From Chrysomallon squamiferum (lineage: Eukaryota > Animalia > Mollusca): a stretch of 64,000 bases of DNA. This document shows, one piece after another, positions 1-12,942 of the stretch. The notes under the pieces are model-generated. The model did no database searches and was not told the origin of the DNA. It saw only the letters and a program-made list of their open reading frames with translations. The stretch covers positions 558,001-622,000 of the forward strand of contig CM022676.1 of NCBI GenBank assembly GCA_012295275.1, given 5' to 3'. Made by a program: the position numbers and the translations under genes. Numbering within the stretch: the stretch's first letter is position 1; each line of letters begins with the position of its first letter.

Positions 1-137
1 AGGAACAGGACCAGTTTGGGTTGATAATATTAGCTGTGTTGAAGATAAAAATGGTGGGAATCACTGTTCTTTCTATGACTGGGGTAACAAAAATTGTAGT
101 CATAAACAGGATTTGGGAATCAGCTGTTTACCACAGG
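1..137 (+). CDS. SRCR domain, C-terminal half exon (gene A)
   Basis: Frame 2 reads GTGPVWVDNISCVEDKNGGNHCSFYDWGNKNCSHKQDLGISCLPQ; donor CAGG|gtatgt. Confidence 0.9.
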
Positions 138-1531
138 GTATGTTATTTTTGCTAATAGTAGTCTGCCCTTTCTAAAATATCTTGGATTATCTTAAACTTT
201 ACTTTAATTAGAAAGATAACATGTGCCATTAAAAGTAAAATGGAATAACCACTTATTTTGACAAATATCCGAATTATTTTTAACATTCTACCTTTTATTA
301 AATAATGCCCTGTAATCTTGGACACACACACACATAGAAACAAACACATACAGACAGAAAAATCCACACGCACACTCTCTTTCTGAATTTCGGTATTTTG
401 AGCGAATTTGATGTTGCGTTAGGCTGCATACACACAATGGAGTAAGTATTTTTGTGTCTTCTGTATATTATAATAAAATCTGATAGTTGTAAAATATGTT
501 GCTATGTCGATGTAAACTGACTAAAGGTTATTTATCAGTGAAAATTTAACATATCGAGACAGTCATATCACATGCCAATATTATTTTTTATTTCTGTAAT
601 GAAAACATTAATCTGGACGGAGTAGTTTTGTAATCAAATATAATTATCTAAAGCGGTAACTTTTGTTGCTCGATTATCTCAGCTGGTCAGATCATTCCAT
701 CCCAGTAGCGGCTGCCATTTGTAAGTATATAAAATAATATTTATATAATTGTGGTTATAAGTCGCGTGTTTATACTTCTATGTATGAATTAAATAAATGT
801 AAATAGTCTAAACGCACTAATACCAGGTTCGATAGCGAATTATTTGTTTGAATATATATAAAAATTACAGTTTGTCTTTAAATCTATTCTTGAACTGACT
901 TCAGTTTCTGTTCGACTGGTCAATGGAGGAAGAATTACAACACGAGGTAGACTTGAAATAGAAAACAACGGGACATGGGGAACTGTCTGTGATAATGAAT
1001 TTGACGACAGAGATGCTGCTGTCATCTGTTACATGCTCGGCTTTAGTCGGTAAATAAACGTGATTGCATTTCCTAAATCTTTCTATTTATATCTAACAGC
1101 AGAAATCTATATTCTACAAGATACATTTTATGTTGTTATAGATTTTTATGTAGAAAGATGTACACAGTTGTTAATAAGTTTCAAATCGTAATCCGAATCT
1201 CAAATTATTACCTATTCTAATTTTGTAATTTTCTAAATCTATCATGAGACTGAGACGCTATTCACCATTTGTAGGTAGGAAAGTAAAATGCGAATTATAC
1301 AAGAAAACATATTTTTTTTTTTTTGCTATACTTTAGGACTGTGTTTCTTTTATAATCTTTAAAAAAAACAAAAAAAAAAAAAAAAACAACAAATTTGTCT
1401 CCAAAAATAATGTGCATTGTTTGTATTTAGCGATCAACGAAAATTTATTGAAAATGAATCTCCATAAAGTATTACCTCCGTTATTAATGCAATTCTATTT
1501 TTCGCAGTATTTTTAAAAGCAATTTATATTA

Positions 1532-1598
<67 letters not shown>

Positions 1599-3964
1599 CA
1601 GTTTCGAAGCAAAATTCTATAAATCATCTCAGTTTGTACAAGGCAGTGGATCTATTTGGCTTGATGGACTCGACTGTAAGGGAGATGAAGAACGTGTAGA
1701 CTATTGCTCATTCTCTACTTGGGGTGACAACAACTGTAGTCATAATCAAGACGTGGGAATCAGCTGTATGAATCGCTGTAAGTAGTGATATATAGAATTA
1801 GTAAATTAATGATAACAAATCATTAAAAATTGACCAGTCTATGAGATCTAACAAAACAATTCAGAAGAATTCTGTTAATCAGGTCGTAATGTTTGTCGTT
1901 GTAATTGTGTGACATCCTGATGGTTCATAACAGAAAAGGAGCATTACAGCTGTTAATAGTTACAGGACAGACGGAAAATGTAGTTCCGATTTCAAACTCG
2001 AACTTAAGCACTGTTTTAAGCAGTGTCAATAACATATGATTGTTTATTTATTTATTTGTTCATTTATTTATTATTTTCATATTAAAATTTCCTACTGACA
2101 GATCATCTTTGACCACTTTTATGTATCAGTTACTTTTACCAAAGGATCCCCGTGAATATATCGTCACAATTCGTATATCTTATGGCCAGTAGTCCGCTAA
2201 TAACTTTTTTACAATTATTATTATTATTATCATCATCATCATCATCATCATAATCATTATTATTATTATTTTTATTATTATTGTTATTATTTCTGTTACT
2301 TTCTGATTTTACAAAAATAACTAATAAAATTAGTGATAAACGAGTGGTTATCGACAGCTACAACAACACTACAGATCTAGCTGTAACTTTACTTTTATTA
2401 CAACATAAAAATTGTAAAAGAATATGCGCGTGTAAATATATTTTTATTTCAAAGCAAACTATATTGATCTAATATAAATCTGTTTTTATTTCAGTGCCAG
2501 TACGGTTAGTGAATGGAAGCGGAATACCAACACAAGGTCGAGTTGAGATTCAAGTAAACGGGACGTGGGGAACAATTTGTAGAAATAGTTTTGACACAAG
2601 AGATGCTGGTGTTCTGTGTTCAATGATGGGATTTAGTCGGTAAAAGAAAACATCTTTTCTGCAATATTCCTTTTTGGCAAACGATTTGAACTACTACTGC
2701 TATTACTATTTTTACTACTGACGATAGACCTACTGTTTCTACTACTACTGTTATATTATTATTATTACCTTAATCAGCCATATGAACTGTATAAGAGGTG
2801 TTTCTTACTCTATAACTGCTGTAATTTCTACATCAAGCTACTTGTTAGTTTAGATAATTACACGTTTATAATGTAAATATTCCTCTTTTACCAACGCAGA
2901 TATCACACATTCATCTTAGTTTGATATATGCGTAGATTAGTATTTACAAAAGTAGTTTATTATTTGTTTCTTTAGTCTTTTGTTTCTTATGTGTGTTTTC
3001 TTAAATTTACTGAAAACACTTTTTTTTTTAGCTGATGGATTGGTTTCACAACAGTTTTGTCATTAACATTAAAACGTTTGATTTTTGCATATCGTTCTCT
3101 CTCTCTCTCTTGCTTCAGGCGATATCAAACTAAGAGATGTGCACATTGACTTTCTAAAAGACAGGAATTATTTGTCAAATAAACAAATAAACGAAGTAAA
3201 TAATACAGTTCTGCAATTCATCATTCTCTAGCAATGATTCGTTTTATTATAGTCTGACTCTAGAATATAAACGATGAAAACTTAATTTCCTCAACATGTT
3301 TATTTAATAAATGATCAGCTGTTTGTCATTCTGTTTTTCTTTTCCTTGATACATATTTCAGTGATGGAGCAAAGACCTTTATAAATTATCCACCGTATTT
3401 TGGAGAAGGTTCTGGCCCAGTGTGGTTAGATTATCTTCAGTGTGAAGGAAATGAAACATCTGTTGAACATTGCAGTTTTCCTGGTTTCAGAAACAACTAC
3501 TGTAATCACTATTACGATGTTGGTATAGGCTGTCAAGGTTCGCTACATAGAAATCTAGTCTTTGATGTCGTTGTTTTTCTTTGCGTAGATATGTAGAATT
3601 TGAATGAGGCGATACATATGAAAACGAATTAGAAATATATCAGTGCTTTGTCAATGACGAGTATTTGTAATAAATTAAACGGCCGATTTATTTCTTCAAT
3701 AATTTTATATTTACGCTACATTTTATTTTGTCTTTCGGAAGGTACTGAAAAGGAAATAATTTGTGTTAAGATTTCTATGAACTAAATTGCACTGCTTAAT
3801 TTCGAAATGAATTTAGTGTTAAAATACAGATATATCTTCAACGTAAAAATCAACAAAACTATTTTAACTGAATGATCATTATTCTGCATTAAGCATTGTG
3901 TTGTCAATTTATCTTTTTTCTCTAAATTCATGTTGATGATCTTCTTCTGATTACTATTACTTAT

Positions 3965-4045
<81 letters not shown>

Positions 4046-4594
4046 GAAATAGCAATAGTTAAAAAACAATTCTGAAAAAGAGTTTTGAATTGCGTCCTGC
4101 ATCTAATTCCCTATTTCTTCTTCTGCCTCTTATATGGTGTATCCTTGTAATAATAATCAGAAGAAGTAGAAGATCATCATCATGAACTTGTTCTTCTTGT
4201 CCGTCTTGTTATAAAATCTGTACTTTTTCCTCCTTCTTCTCATATGGTAATGTTTTTAACTTTAATTAGCCTGACTGGGGTTTTTTTCTACAAGGTCCAC
4301 CGAGCATTCCTTCCAATGTGAGCATAAAGAGAATCAGCTCTTCTGCCATCTCAGTGTCTTGGACAGAGGAATTTAATGGCGGATCCGTGCAAACATTCAT
4401 TGTGCAGTACAGAGAAAACACGTCAACACAGTGGAACAACGTCACAGAGAAATTTCTAGAACGTGGTCTACACGCAACCCATACAACAGTGATAGCATCT
4501 CTGAAATCAGACACGAAGTATCTTGTGAGGATTTTGGCTTATAATAAACACGGAGGTATAAGTTTGACAGATGAGAGGGATATTGTGACAGCAG
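1..4594 (+). CDS. Gene A (5'-truncated by window edge): spliced SRCR(half)-SRCR-SRCR-FN3 protein, DMBT1/scavenger-receptor-like; no TM exon found downstream
   Basis: Exons 1-137, 905-1049, 1602-1777, 2495-2639, 3362-3537 and 4295-4594 have AG/GT boundaries, compatible phases (1,2,1,2,1,1) and no stops. Confidence 0.8.
905..1049 (+). CDS. SRCR N-terminal half exon (gene A)
   Basis: ttcag|..[48 protein letters not shown]|gtaaat; 145 nt, phase 1-2. Confidence 0.92.
1528..1597. repeat. (ATT)n microsatellite
   Basis: Read directly from the sequence. Confidence 0.95.
1602..1777 (+). CDS. SRCR C-terminal half exon (gene A)
   Basis: FEAKFYKSSQFVQGSGSIWLDGLDCKGDEERVDYCSFSTWGDNNCSHNQDVGISCMNR|gtaagt; 176 nt, phase 2-1. 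Confidence 0.92.
2495..2639 (+). CDS. SRCR N-terminal half exon (gene A)
   Basis: [48 protein letters not shown]; 145 nt, AG/GT boundaries. Confidence 0.92.
3362..3537 (+). CDS. SRCR C-terminal half exon (gene A)
   Basis: DGAKTFINYPPYFGEGSGPVWLDYLQCEGNETSVEHCSFPGFRNNYCNHYYDVGIGCQ; 176 nt. Confidence 0.9.
3966..4044. repeat. (AAT)n microsatellite
   Basis: Read directly from the sequence. Confidence 0.95.
4295..4594 (+). CDS. Fibronectin type III exon (gene A)
   Basis: 300 nt, phase 1-1; GPPSIPSNV...[20 protein letters not shown]...[20 protein letters not shown]3 motifs. Confidence 0.9.
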
Positions 4595-5709
4595 GTACGT
4601 ATATTAATAATGAGGATATCATACACTTCAGTACATTATGTATCATATCATTTTATTGTTTCCAGTTTTGATTAGTCTGGAAACATTTACATGTATATTA
4701 AAATAAAACCTGTTTTAACCTGTACATTTGAAAACAAATTGTACAAGTCGTGTTGCACATAAATATGTGTTAATAATAACTATGATGATGTTCGTATTTT
4801 TGCTATATAGGATTATATCATATAGTGCTTTTTTGTTGTTGTATGTATGTATTTAACTGAAAACCCGTTTTTATTTTATATTAGCAACCTGGATTTTGTT
4901 TTATCTTTTTAATTTTTGTGTTTGTATTCATATATTTATATATTATATATATATATATATATATAAGTTTAGTTTAATAACCTTCTTAATGAGATAGTTA
5001 AGTATTTTGTTTTATGTTTTACATATAAACTAATCTTCATTGGGTATTTACAGAAATGTAGTTTGATTATATTACTATTTATATCCATGAATCACCAGAA
5101 AACAATGGTGAAGCTAATGTTGAAGTTTTCATATGCAGCCCTTGACTTCTTAAACGTAAGCTAGCTCTGAACATAGTCATCATTTTCATACCTAATGCAG
5201 GTATATTATCTTCGTTTGGAAATACACTTAAAGTTTGTGTTAATATTTGTTTTAATGTCTTTAAATAGTTAGTTTACATGTACTGTTCAGTATTTCTTAC
5301 AATAACTTTAAGTGTCACCATCTTTCATATATATTTCAATATATTTAATGCAATTTTAACATTTTATTAACATACATTTTTTCGAAATTTATATTATTTT
5401 CCATTTTACACACACACACACACATATATATATACATATGATATGAAACTATATATATAAGATTTTCTTTAATTCATCATATTTATGAGCAATACTAATT
5501 ACTATTTATTGCAGAACATTTGTACTGCTTTCATAAACGATTTCTGTCTTTAGTAGTTTTTTACATTTTGAATTTATTTAATATCTCTTAATTGATGTTT
5601 TACGATTCAGTAGTTTGATATTACCTGATTTTAGTGTCACTTCTACTCGTGTTTTCATTGATAATATCAGTTTATTCTTTCATTCATCTTTTTTTTTAAT
5701 CTTTACAAT

Positions 5710-5896
5710 GTCCACCGAGCATTCCTTCCAATGTGAACATAAAGAGAATCAGGTCTTCTGCCATCTCAGTGTCTTGGACAGAGGAATATAATGGCGGATC
5801 CGTGCAAACATTCATTGTACAGTACAGAGAAAACAGGTCAACACACTGGAACAACGTCACAGAGAAATTTCTAGAACGTGGTCTACATACAACCCA
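5710..5896 (+). pseudogene. Truncated FN3 pseudo-exon
   Basis: Copy of the FN3 exon whose acceptor AG has become AT (ttacaat|gt); homology is lost after ...GLHTT. Confidence 0.8.
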
Positions 5897-6342
5897 GGCA
5901 AATATTTCCTTGAGATCTGTAGTCAGGTAAATCAATTATGTTATTTATTTGTCTTCATATTATTTTACAAGTATGACATTATATATATATATACATATAG
6001 TATGATATTTAAAATTTATTACAAAAGTTTAGTTGCCAAAGAATATCAAACAAAAAAATGATGACGAAGATGATGATAATAAATAAATAAATATTTTGCA
6101 TTTCCAATCATTACCCATTTCGATTTCAACAAGGATATCAAAATCAGTCTTGATTTTAATAGATTTTTTTTAATGGTTTGCTAGAACATGACGCTATGTA
6201 TTCTTGATGAAGTGTAGTTTATTTGTTATTCTACGTTATTATTATTATTATTGTTATTATTGAGCTAAGTTAGAAAACAATTTTCATAACTGCTTGTTTT
6301 TCATTGACAATGCGATCCAGAATGTTCACTGTTTTACTGCAG

Positions 6343-6599
6343 ATGGCCCTATAGTTACACTGTTTACAGTCAACAAAGAGAAGTACAGAGTTGTACTGAA
6401 TGAATCAACACCTCTAACTGCAAGATGTCAAGTTGATCCAGAAGGTGACATAGTAATATCAAGAAACTCAAAGACTTTACTTCGAGACACACATTCTACA
6501 ACAGCAGAATACACGAAGAAATCTGTGTGCTCAGACTCTGGAATTACAACTGTAGAGTAGGAACCACTTCATCTGTTAATCTGTCTGTGTTAGTTACAT
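6343..6599 (+). pseudogene. Frameshifted Ig-domain exon
   Basis: gcag|DGPIVTLFTVN...ARCQVDPEGDIVISRN...CSDSG, then a 1-nt deletion; restoring it gives DSGNYNC (Ig DxGxYxC) RVGTTSSVNLSVLVT|gtaagt. Confidence 0.75.
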
Positions 6600-7242
6600 G
6601 TAAGTTTAATGTGTAAATAACAGTTCATCTGTCAGTGTTAGTTACATGTAAGTTTAATGTGTAAATAACAGTTCATCTGTCAGTGTGTCAATGTTAGTTA
6701 CATGTAAGTTTAATGTGTAAATAACAGTTCATCTGTCAGTGTTAGTTACATGTAAGTTTCATGTGTAAATAACAGTTCATCTGTCAGTGTTAGTTACATG
6801 TAAGTTTAATGTGTAAATAAGAGTTCATCTGTCAGTGTTAGTTACATGTAAGTTTAATGTGTAAATAACAGTTCATCAGTCAGTGTTAGTTACATGTAAG
6901 TTTAATGTGTAAATAACAGTTCATCAGTCAGTGTTAGTTACATGTAAGTTTAATGTGTAAATAACAGTTCATCAGTCAGTGTTAGTTACATGTAAGTTTA
7001 ATGTGTAAATAACAGTTCATCTGTCAGTGTTAGTTACATGTAAGTTTAATGTGTAAATAACAGTTCATCTGTTAGTGTTAGTTACATGTAAGTTTAATGT
7101 GTAAATAACAGTTAGTCTGTCAGTGTTAGTTACATGTAAGTTTCATGTGTAAATAACAGTTCATCTGTCAGTGTTAGTTACATGTAAGTTTAATGTGTAA
7201 ATAACAGTTCATCTGGCAATGTTAGTTACATGTAAGTTTAAT
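6567..7242 (+). repeat. 48-bp minisatellite (14 units including the source copy) spanning the Ig exon end and its splice donor
   Basis: Unit gttcatctgtcagtgttagttacatgtaagtttaatgtgtaaataaca starts at 6623, 6671, 6727, 6775 ... 7207. Confidence 0.95.
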
Positions 7243-10200
7243 TTATATAAAACTTCTTTAAGAGTGAAGCTGATAGTGAAAGTAAAGAAATCTAGTGGAA
7301 TTGCACTAATACTAGCTGTCTTACTGGTTTTTAATTTCAAATGTATTTTATATATTTATTTATTTGTTATGTATTTATTTATTTCATTTTTTGTTCTTAG
7401 AAAAGCAGTTAACTCGAAGAAAATCAAATTTCAAATAAATATCTGCTGTCAGATGATTGCTATACTCTTTGATAAATGACAGAATATTAAATCATCTTAT
7501 CATGGAAGAAATGAGACAGTTTCATAGTTTATAAACTTTATTATCTCTGGGAGAAGTAAAATGTCCATACCTGTAATCACAATAACTTTTGTATCCCTTA
7601 CAGTAACTGCCTAAATTACAGTCTTCATTGCATTAATCAAATAATTTTGGTGTTCATTGCTGCATTTGAATATAATATTATGTTTGTAGTTTTATTAAGT
7701 ACGTTTGTCACATTTGCAAATACATCACATTTGTTCAGTCTACAACTACAGAAATGATTAATTGATTATTAATCATTGGTAATTTCATTGTCATAATCAG
7801 TTTCTAATTATTCAGCATTTTGCTTAATTATTATTGTTCTTGTTACTGTTATCATTAGTGTCCTTAATATTATTATTATTATTATTGTTATTATTATTTA
7901 TTGATTTATTAATTTATTGATTGATTGATTTATTGATTTTTTTTTTAAATTTATTTAATTGTTTGTTTGTTTAATTATAAAGGTGCAGAAGGTGCTAGTT
8001 ACAGTCCAGTATGGTACGACAATGCAGAGGAAGATGACAATGTGATTGCAAAGAACTGACACACTGTGATCAACATCAGTTACAAATAAAGTAACTGTTC
8101 TTTTACTGTTATTAATTATTTAATTATTTTATTATTATGCCATAAAGTATTTTAAAAATTAAAAATATTTAAACTTTGATCTATGTTTATAAAAATTATT
8201 GATAATCTGCTCCAGTAAGTTGTATCAAGTTTATATTAAATATTTCTAAATATAAAGTATTATCTAAATTTATCATTTTCTCTTTCTTTCTTTCTTTCTC
8301 TCCTTCTTTCTTTTATTTATTTATTTTTGTGTGTATTGATGGTATCATTAAAGTGTATGTTTCCAAAGAAAAATAGACACAGAAACACAGATAAAAATAT
8401 CTTTCCCAATCCAGTCAGAGTGTACAAGGATTTATTAAAAGCAGTCTGAACAGTAAACTTTGGTTCAGAAAAACTAGATCTTGTTCAGTAGTTTATTGCA
8501 GGCTGAGGATCACTGAGCAGAGAAACTTGGGACTGGAATGTTCCACAGTTTGCAATATAAAGTTTTAGGCTAGGAATAGCAAATAAGTGAACATTTTTGG
8601 TTTTACACAATTTTATATATATACACATTTAAATGGAACGAATGTGGTTAATGATATTAAAAGTTAAGAAAGAAGGTTTTTTTCTTTTTAAATATTTTAA
8701 AGATATTGTACTTTTTTGTACTTTTTTCTTTTTTGTGATGAAAGAAATAATCTAAATTTATTCAGCACATAGTCGTAAGATGAAGTTTGTTCTGTTTTTC
8801 TTTTATATACATTATTTTCTTTTGTTTTATTCATGCAAAGTGTATTATTGAAGTATAGCAACAAGTGTAGCTACAAAAGATTACGAACACCACCATTTGT
8901 CTGTACTCGTGACGTCATAATACGTACTCAAAGTGGGTCAAGGGGCAGTTCATTCACTGAACTTTACAACTGATCGTGAGATGGCAACCGGCAGAGGTAA
9001 TTAACCTGTCTCTTAGCTTAATGTTTTCCATTAGCCAAATATTTCCATTAAAAATAGGTGAGAAGGGTTATTTTAATTTTGTTTAAGGTGAAATTTTGAC
9101 TAAGAAGTAATTAAAGAGGTGATACAGAGAGAAATGCATCTTCAGCATGATGTTACTTTACATTATAAAGATACGAAAATTAGCAGAAAACTCTTTTAGT
9201 TTCCACATTGTATAGTTTTTGAAGATCTCAAAATCAGCTATTTAGAGTGTGAAAAAAAATAAAAGAATTTATTATTAGTGATGATGATAAACTTTGTTAT
9301 TAATTGTGAGAGGTTGCCTAAAGCAATAAAATAACATGTCGGTGTAAAGAATATTTTTGAACCTTTAATTCAGTACTGATTAATACATTCACATTAAAAT
9401 ATCCATTTACAATAATACAAAGATTATAAACGTGAACTTACTGTCTCTATAATAAAGCGCAATTTCTTCTGACTTTCCTTTTTTCTCCTCTTGTAAAAAT
9501 GTGCTTGAAGATTAACGTGTATATCGTAGTAGCATGGACCAACAGGAACGATAACTCCTAACGCCACAGATTACGTGTGCTTTAAAATGGCTTCAGATTT
9601 CTAGAATTTAATTGGTACAAACTACGCCTGAATGTTCTTTTCTGATAGATTCTAATACGGGGAACATTGTGAACTAGAACGTTTATTACATTAATCTTAT
9701 AACAAATTATTAATGTTTTTATTTTGTGGTTTTTTCTAAATATGTCATATAATCAATGTCTCATATATACAGACTTTCATTATTAAGCAGAAATTGTTGC
9801 AAAGGTAGAAACACTTTTTTCTTTAATTGTTTTGTTAACTTCGACGTCATACGATCTCGTACCACTTTCGTACAATATTTGTTTCCAAATTTATTACGAC
9901 GTCGTCTTTAAAACAAAAGTAAAAAAAAAAAATAAAAAAATACATAGCGGACAGAACACTGTTGTAAAAAAATACCTGAAAACATTACGATTCTTTTCTT
10001 ATATCATTTATTTTCATTTTCAGTGGATTACAGAACATATTTACATGTAAAAAGCAAATTAATAATGAGTTATTTGAACGACTGCCCTTTATAATGCATG
10101 ATACCAGTTTTTACAGAGAAAATTGCAAACAATCTTAAAGGTCTGTCAACCGACCGTAAAAAGAAAATTAGTTTAAAAATACAGTTTTCACTCTTTTTCT

Positions 10201-10763
10201 TTAAAACTAAAATCATTCATCTTCTAAGACCTGAACTAGTATGTATGCAAACAATGAATTTCCTATTTCAATTTTCTAAAAAAATCATTGGTCAGTGCTA
10301 ATCATAGTAACAGTAAAGATTAAAAACATGTATATTTAGTTAGTGTTCGGTGTACAAAGAATCAGTAAATCCGTGTCCTATCTCTTATTTTAATAGCATT
10401 TTGCACTCATCAGATTTCCATGACATTTTACAAACAACTAGAGTTCCTCGAAAGGACATTTCAGTTTCCAGGAGTGCACAATTCGTTAAAAAATGGCACG
10501 ATTCACATTTGTAAAACTACAGAAACTTAACTCCGAAAGAGTTCCAAAGCTAATTCATCTCTCATTTTACAGTTTTACCACAAAAGTCTATAATATTATT
10601 CTAATGGTAAAATAATCTTAAGAGTAATACACACATAACTAAATAAATACATAAATAATATAATATAATATAATATAACAGAAAAACCAAACCAAACAAA
10701 ACACAACACTCTGGTCTATTTGCTAAAATACCTAATGTCCGATTTACATTATTGTTTTTTCTT

Positions 10764-11265
<502 letters not shown>

Positions 11266-11872
11266 GATGAAGTAAATATAAGAATGTAAGATGGTATTAA
11301 ATGAATGTATTTAACGTACAAAAATAATTATTTGCTGTTATTATGAAAATATTTAATTATTTTAGCTATTATACCTTATTTTAGTTGTCGCACGTTTACG
11401 TAATATTCTGACTCATCAAACGTCTTACATTCATTATTTTCTTCTGCCCTTATTTCTGGAATATGTAGTTGAGTTCATAATATATAGATATAGCTAAAGA
11501 TATGTGTGTGTATGTTTGTGTATGTGTGTGTGTGTGTGTGTGTGTATTTGTTGCATGAAATAAGTATTATTATCAGGAAATATGTATAATTCCTGAAAAG
11601 TTCAAAAAGTCTGAACTGAAAGTAATATGGCTAAAGTTGGTGATGTTCCAAGGAAAACATTGGTATTCACAGAGGCAAGGATCTGTAGAAAGTTAAGGAC
11701 TTATTTGTTTGTTGCTTAGGAGATAATACAAATGAATGGGCTTTTGAACTCAAATGTGTTCAATTTCGTAAGAAGTATGTAGAATTAAGTCTCCCCATTT
11801 GCAGCACTGCTGGGCTCTCCATGGACTGCAGTCAGAGGATGACCTAAGTCAATTTCCAGTTTTCTGAGTGAA

Positions 11873-11989
11873 TCAGACATTACACATATTTTCTGAAATG
11901 TTCAGCACTTGATAACATATATTCCTGATAACATATATTTCCTGTAAAACACACACACACACAAACGCACACACACACACACATTATAC

Positions 11990-12020
<31 letters not shown>

Positions 12021-12882
12021 AACACATAAATAATAAAAAAGAAAATAGTTAATAAACATAATTATTTCTAAATGTCCTCTGCTATTATGATAAAATATAA
12101 ATATTTCATACTTCTGTTCATTTCCCGAATTGTTATCTAAACAAAGTCAACACAAATATAGACATATTCATGACCTCAGTTGATAATGAGAGGAAGCCGG
12201 TGTCACGAAAGGTCAGGCTGCCCTTTTCTGATTAGCGATGCGATTTGTTTTATCACCTTCCAAGTACGTCGAGGCAAATACTTTGAACTTTGACAAACCA
12301 GCTAAGTACGTGTTACTGTGTACAAACATACACGTGTGCGCGCATACACAAAAACGCACATAACATACACGCACACAGACATACACGCACGTACACAAAG
12401 GTACGCACACACACTGACACAAAAACAATTTTGACTCTTAATAAATGAATGTGAGGTGTCACCTTTCCTGCCGTTCTTCATTCCAAATGAATTACTGAAT
12501 GCATAAATGTTTAAAGAGATGACAGGAAGAAAAATATATCAAAATAACAAAATAGTTACATGTCCTTCGTTCCTCTCAGTGTTCATAAAAGCCTGACTGT
12601 CTAAAAATTCGAAACAATATATAGACATCTTGGAACAAGCGGACATGGTAAAATAAATTCAACTTACCAGGCTGAAAAACTAGATTGTCATATGTTGCAG
12701 ACTGATGTTCTGAGATGTTCCTGTCGTTTGAAAGAGACAAAAGTTCTAAATGAAATTTGCACTATTTTCTTGTTTGTTTTTAATCAGTTTTGAAGATTAA
12801 AACACTATATCCTAATATGTATATATATAGAGAGAGAGAGAGAGAGAAAGAATGAGAGATAAAATGTATTTTCAACATAAAA

Positions 12883-12942
<60 letters not shown>

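Noticed and set aside
668-700. tRNA-like 5' half (gctcgattatctcagctggtcagatca)
   Set aside because: No anticodon or T arm at proper spacing; at most a SINE head remnant.
6567-7242. CRISPR-like regular repeat
   Set aside because: Head-to-tail units with no unique spacers, no cas genes, and a spliced eukaryotic context.
8850-9000. Exon-like segment ending GGCAGAG|gtaatt with weak CUB/Ig-like words
   Set aside because: Stops in all frames and no convincing domain motif.
12213-12301. Possible alternative terminal exon of gene B ([28 protein letters not shown])
   Set aside because: Phase fits but the acceptor is weak and there is no independent support.
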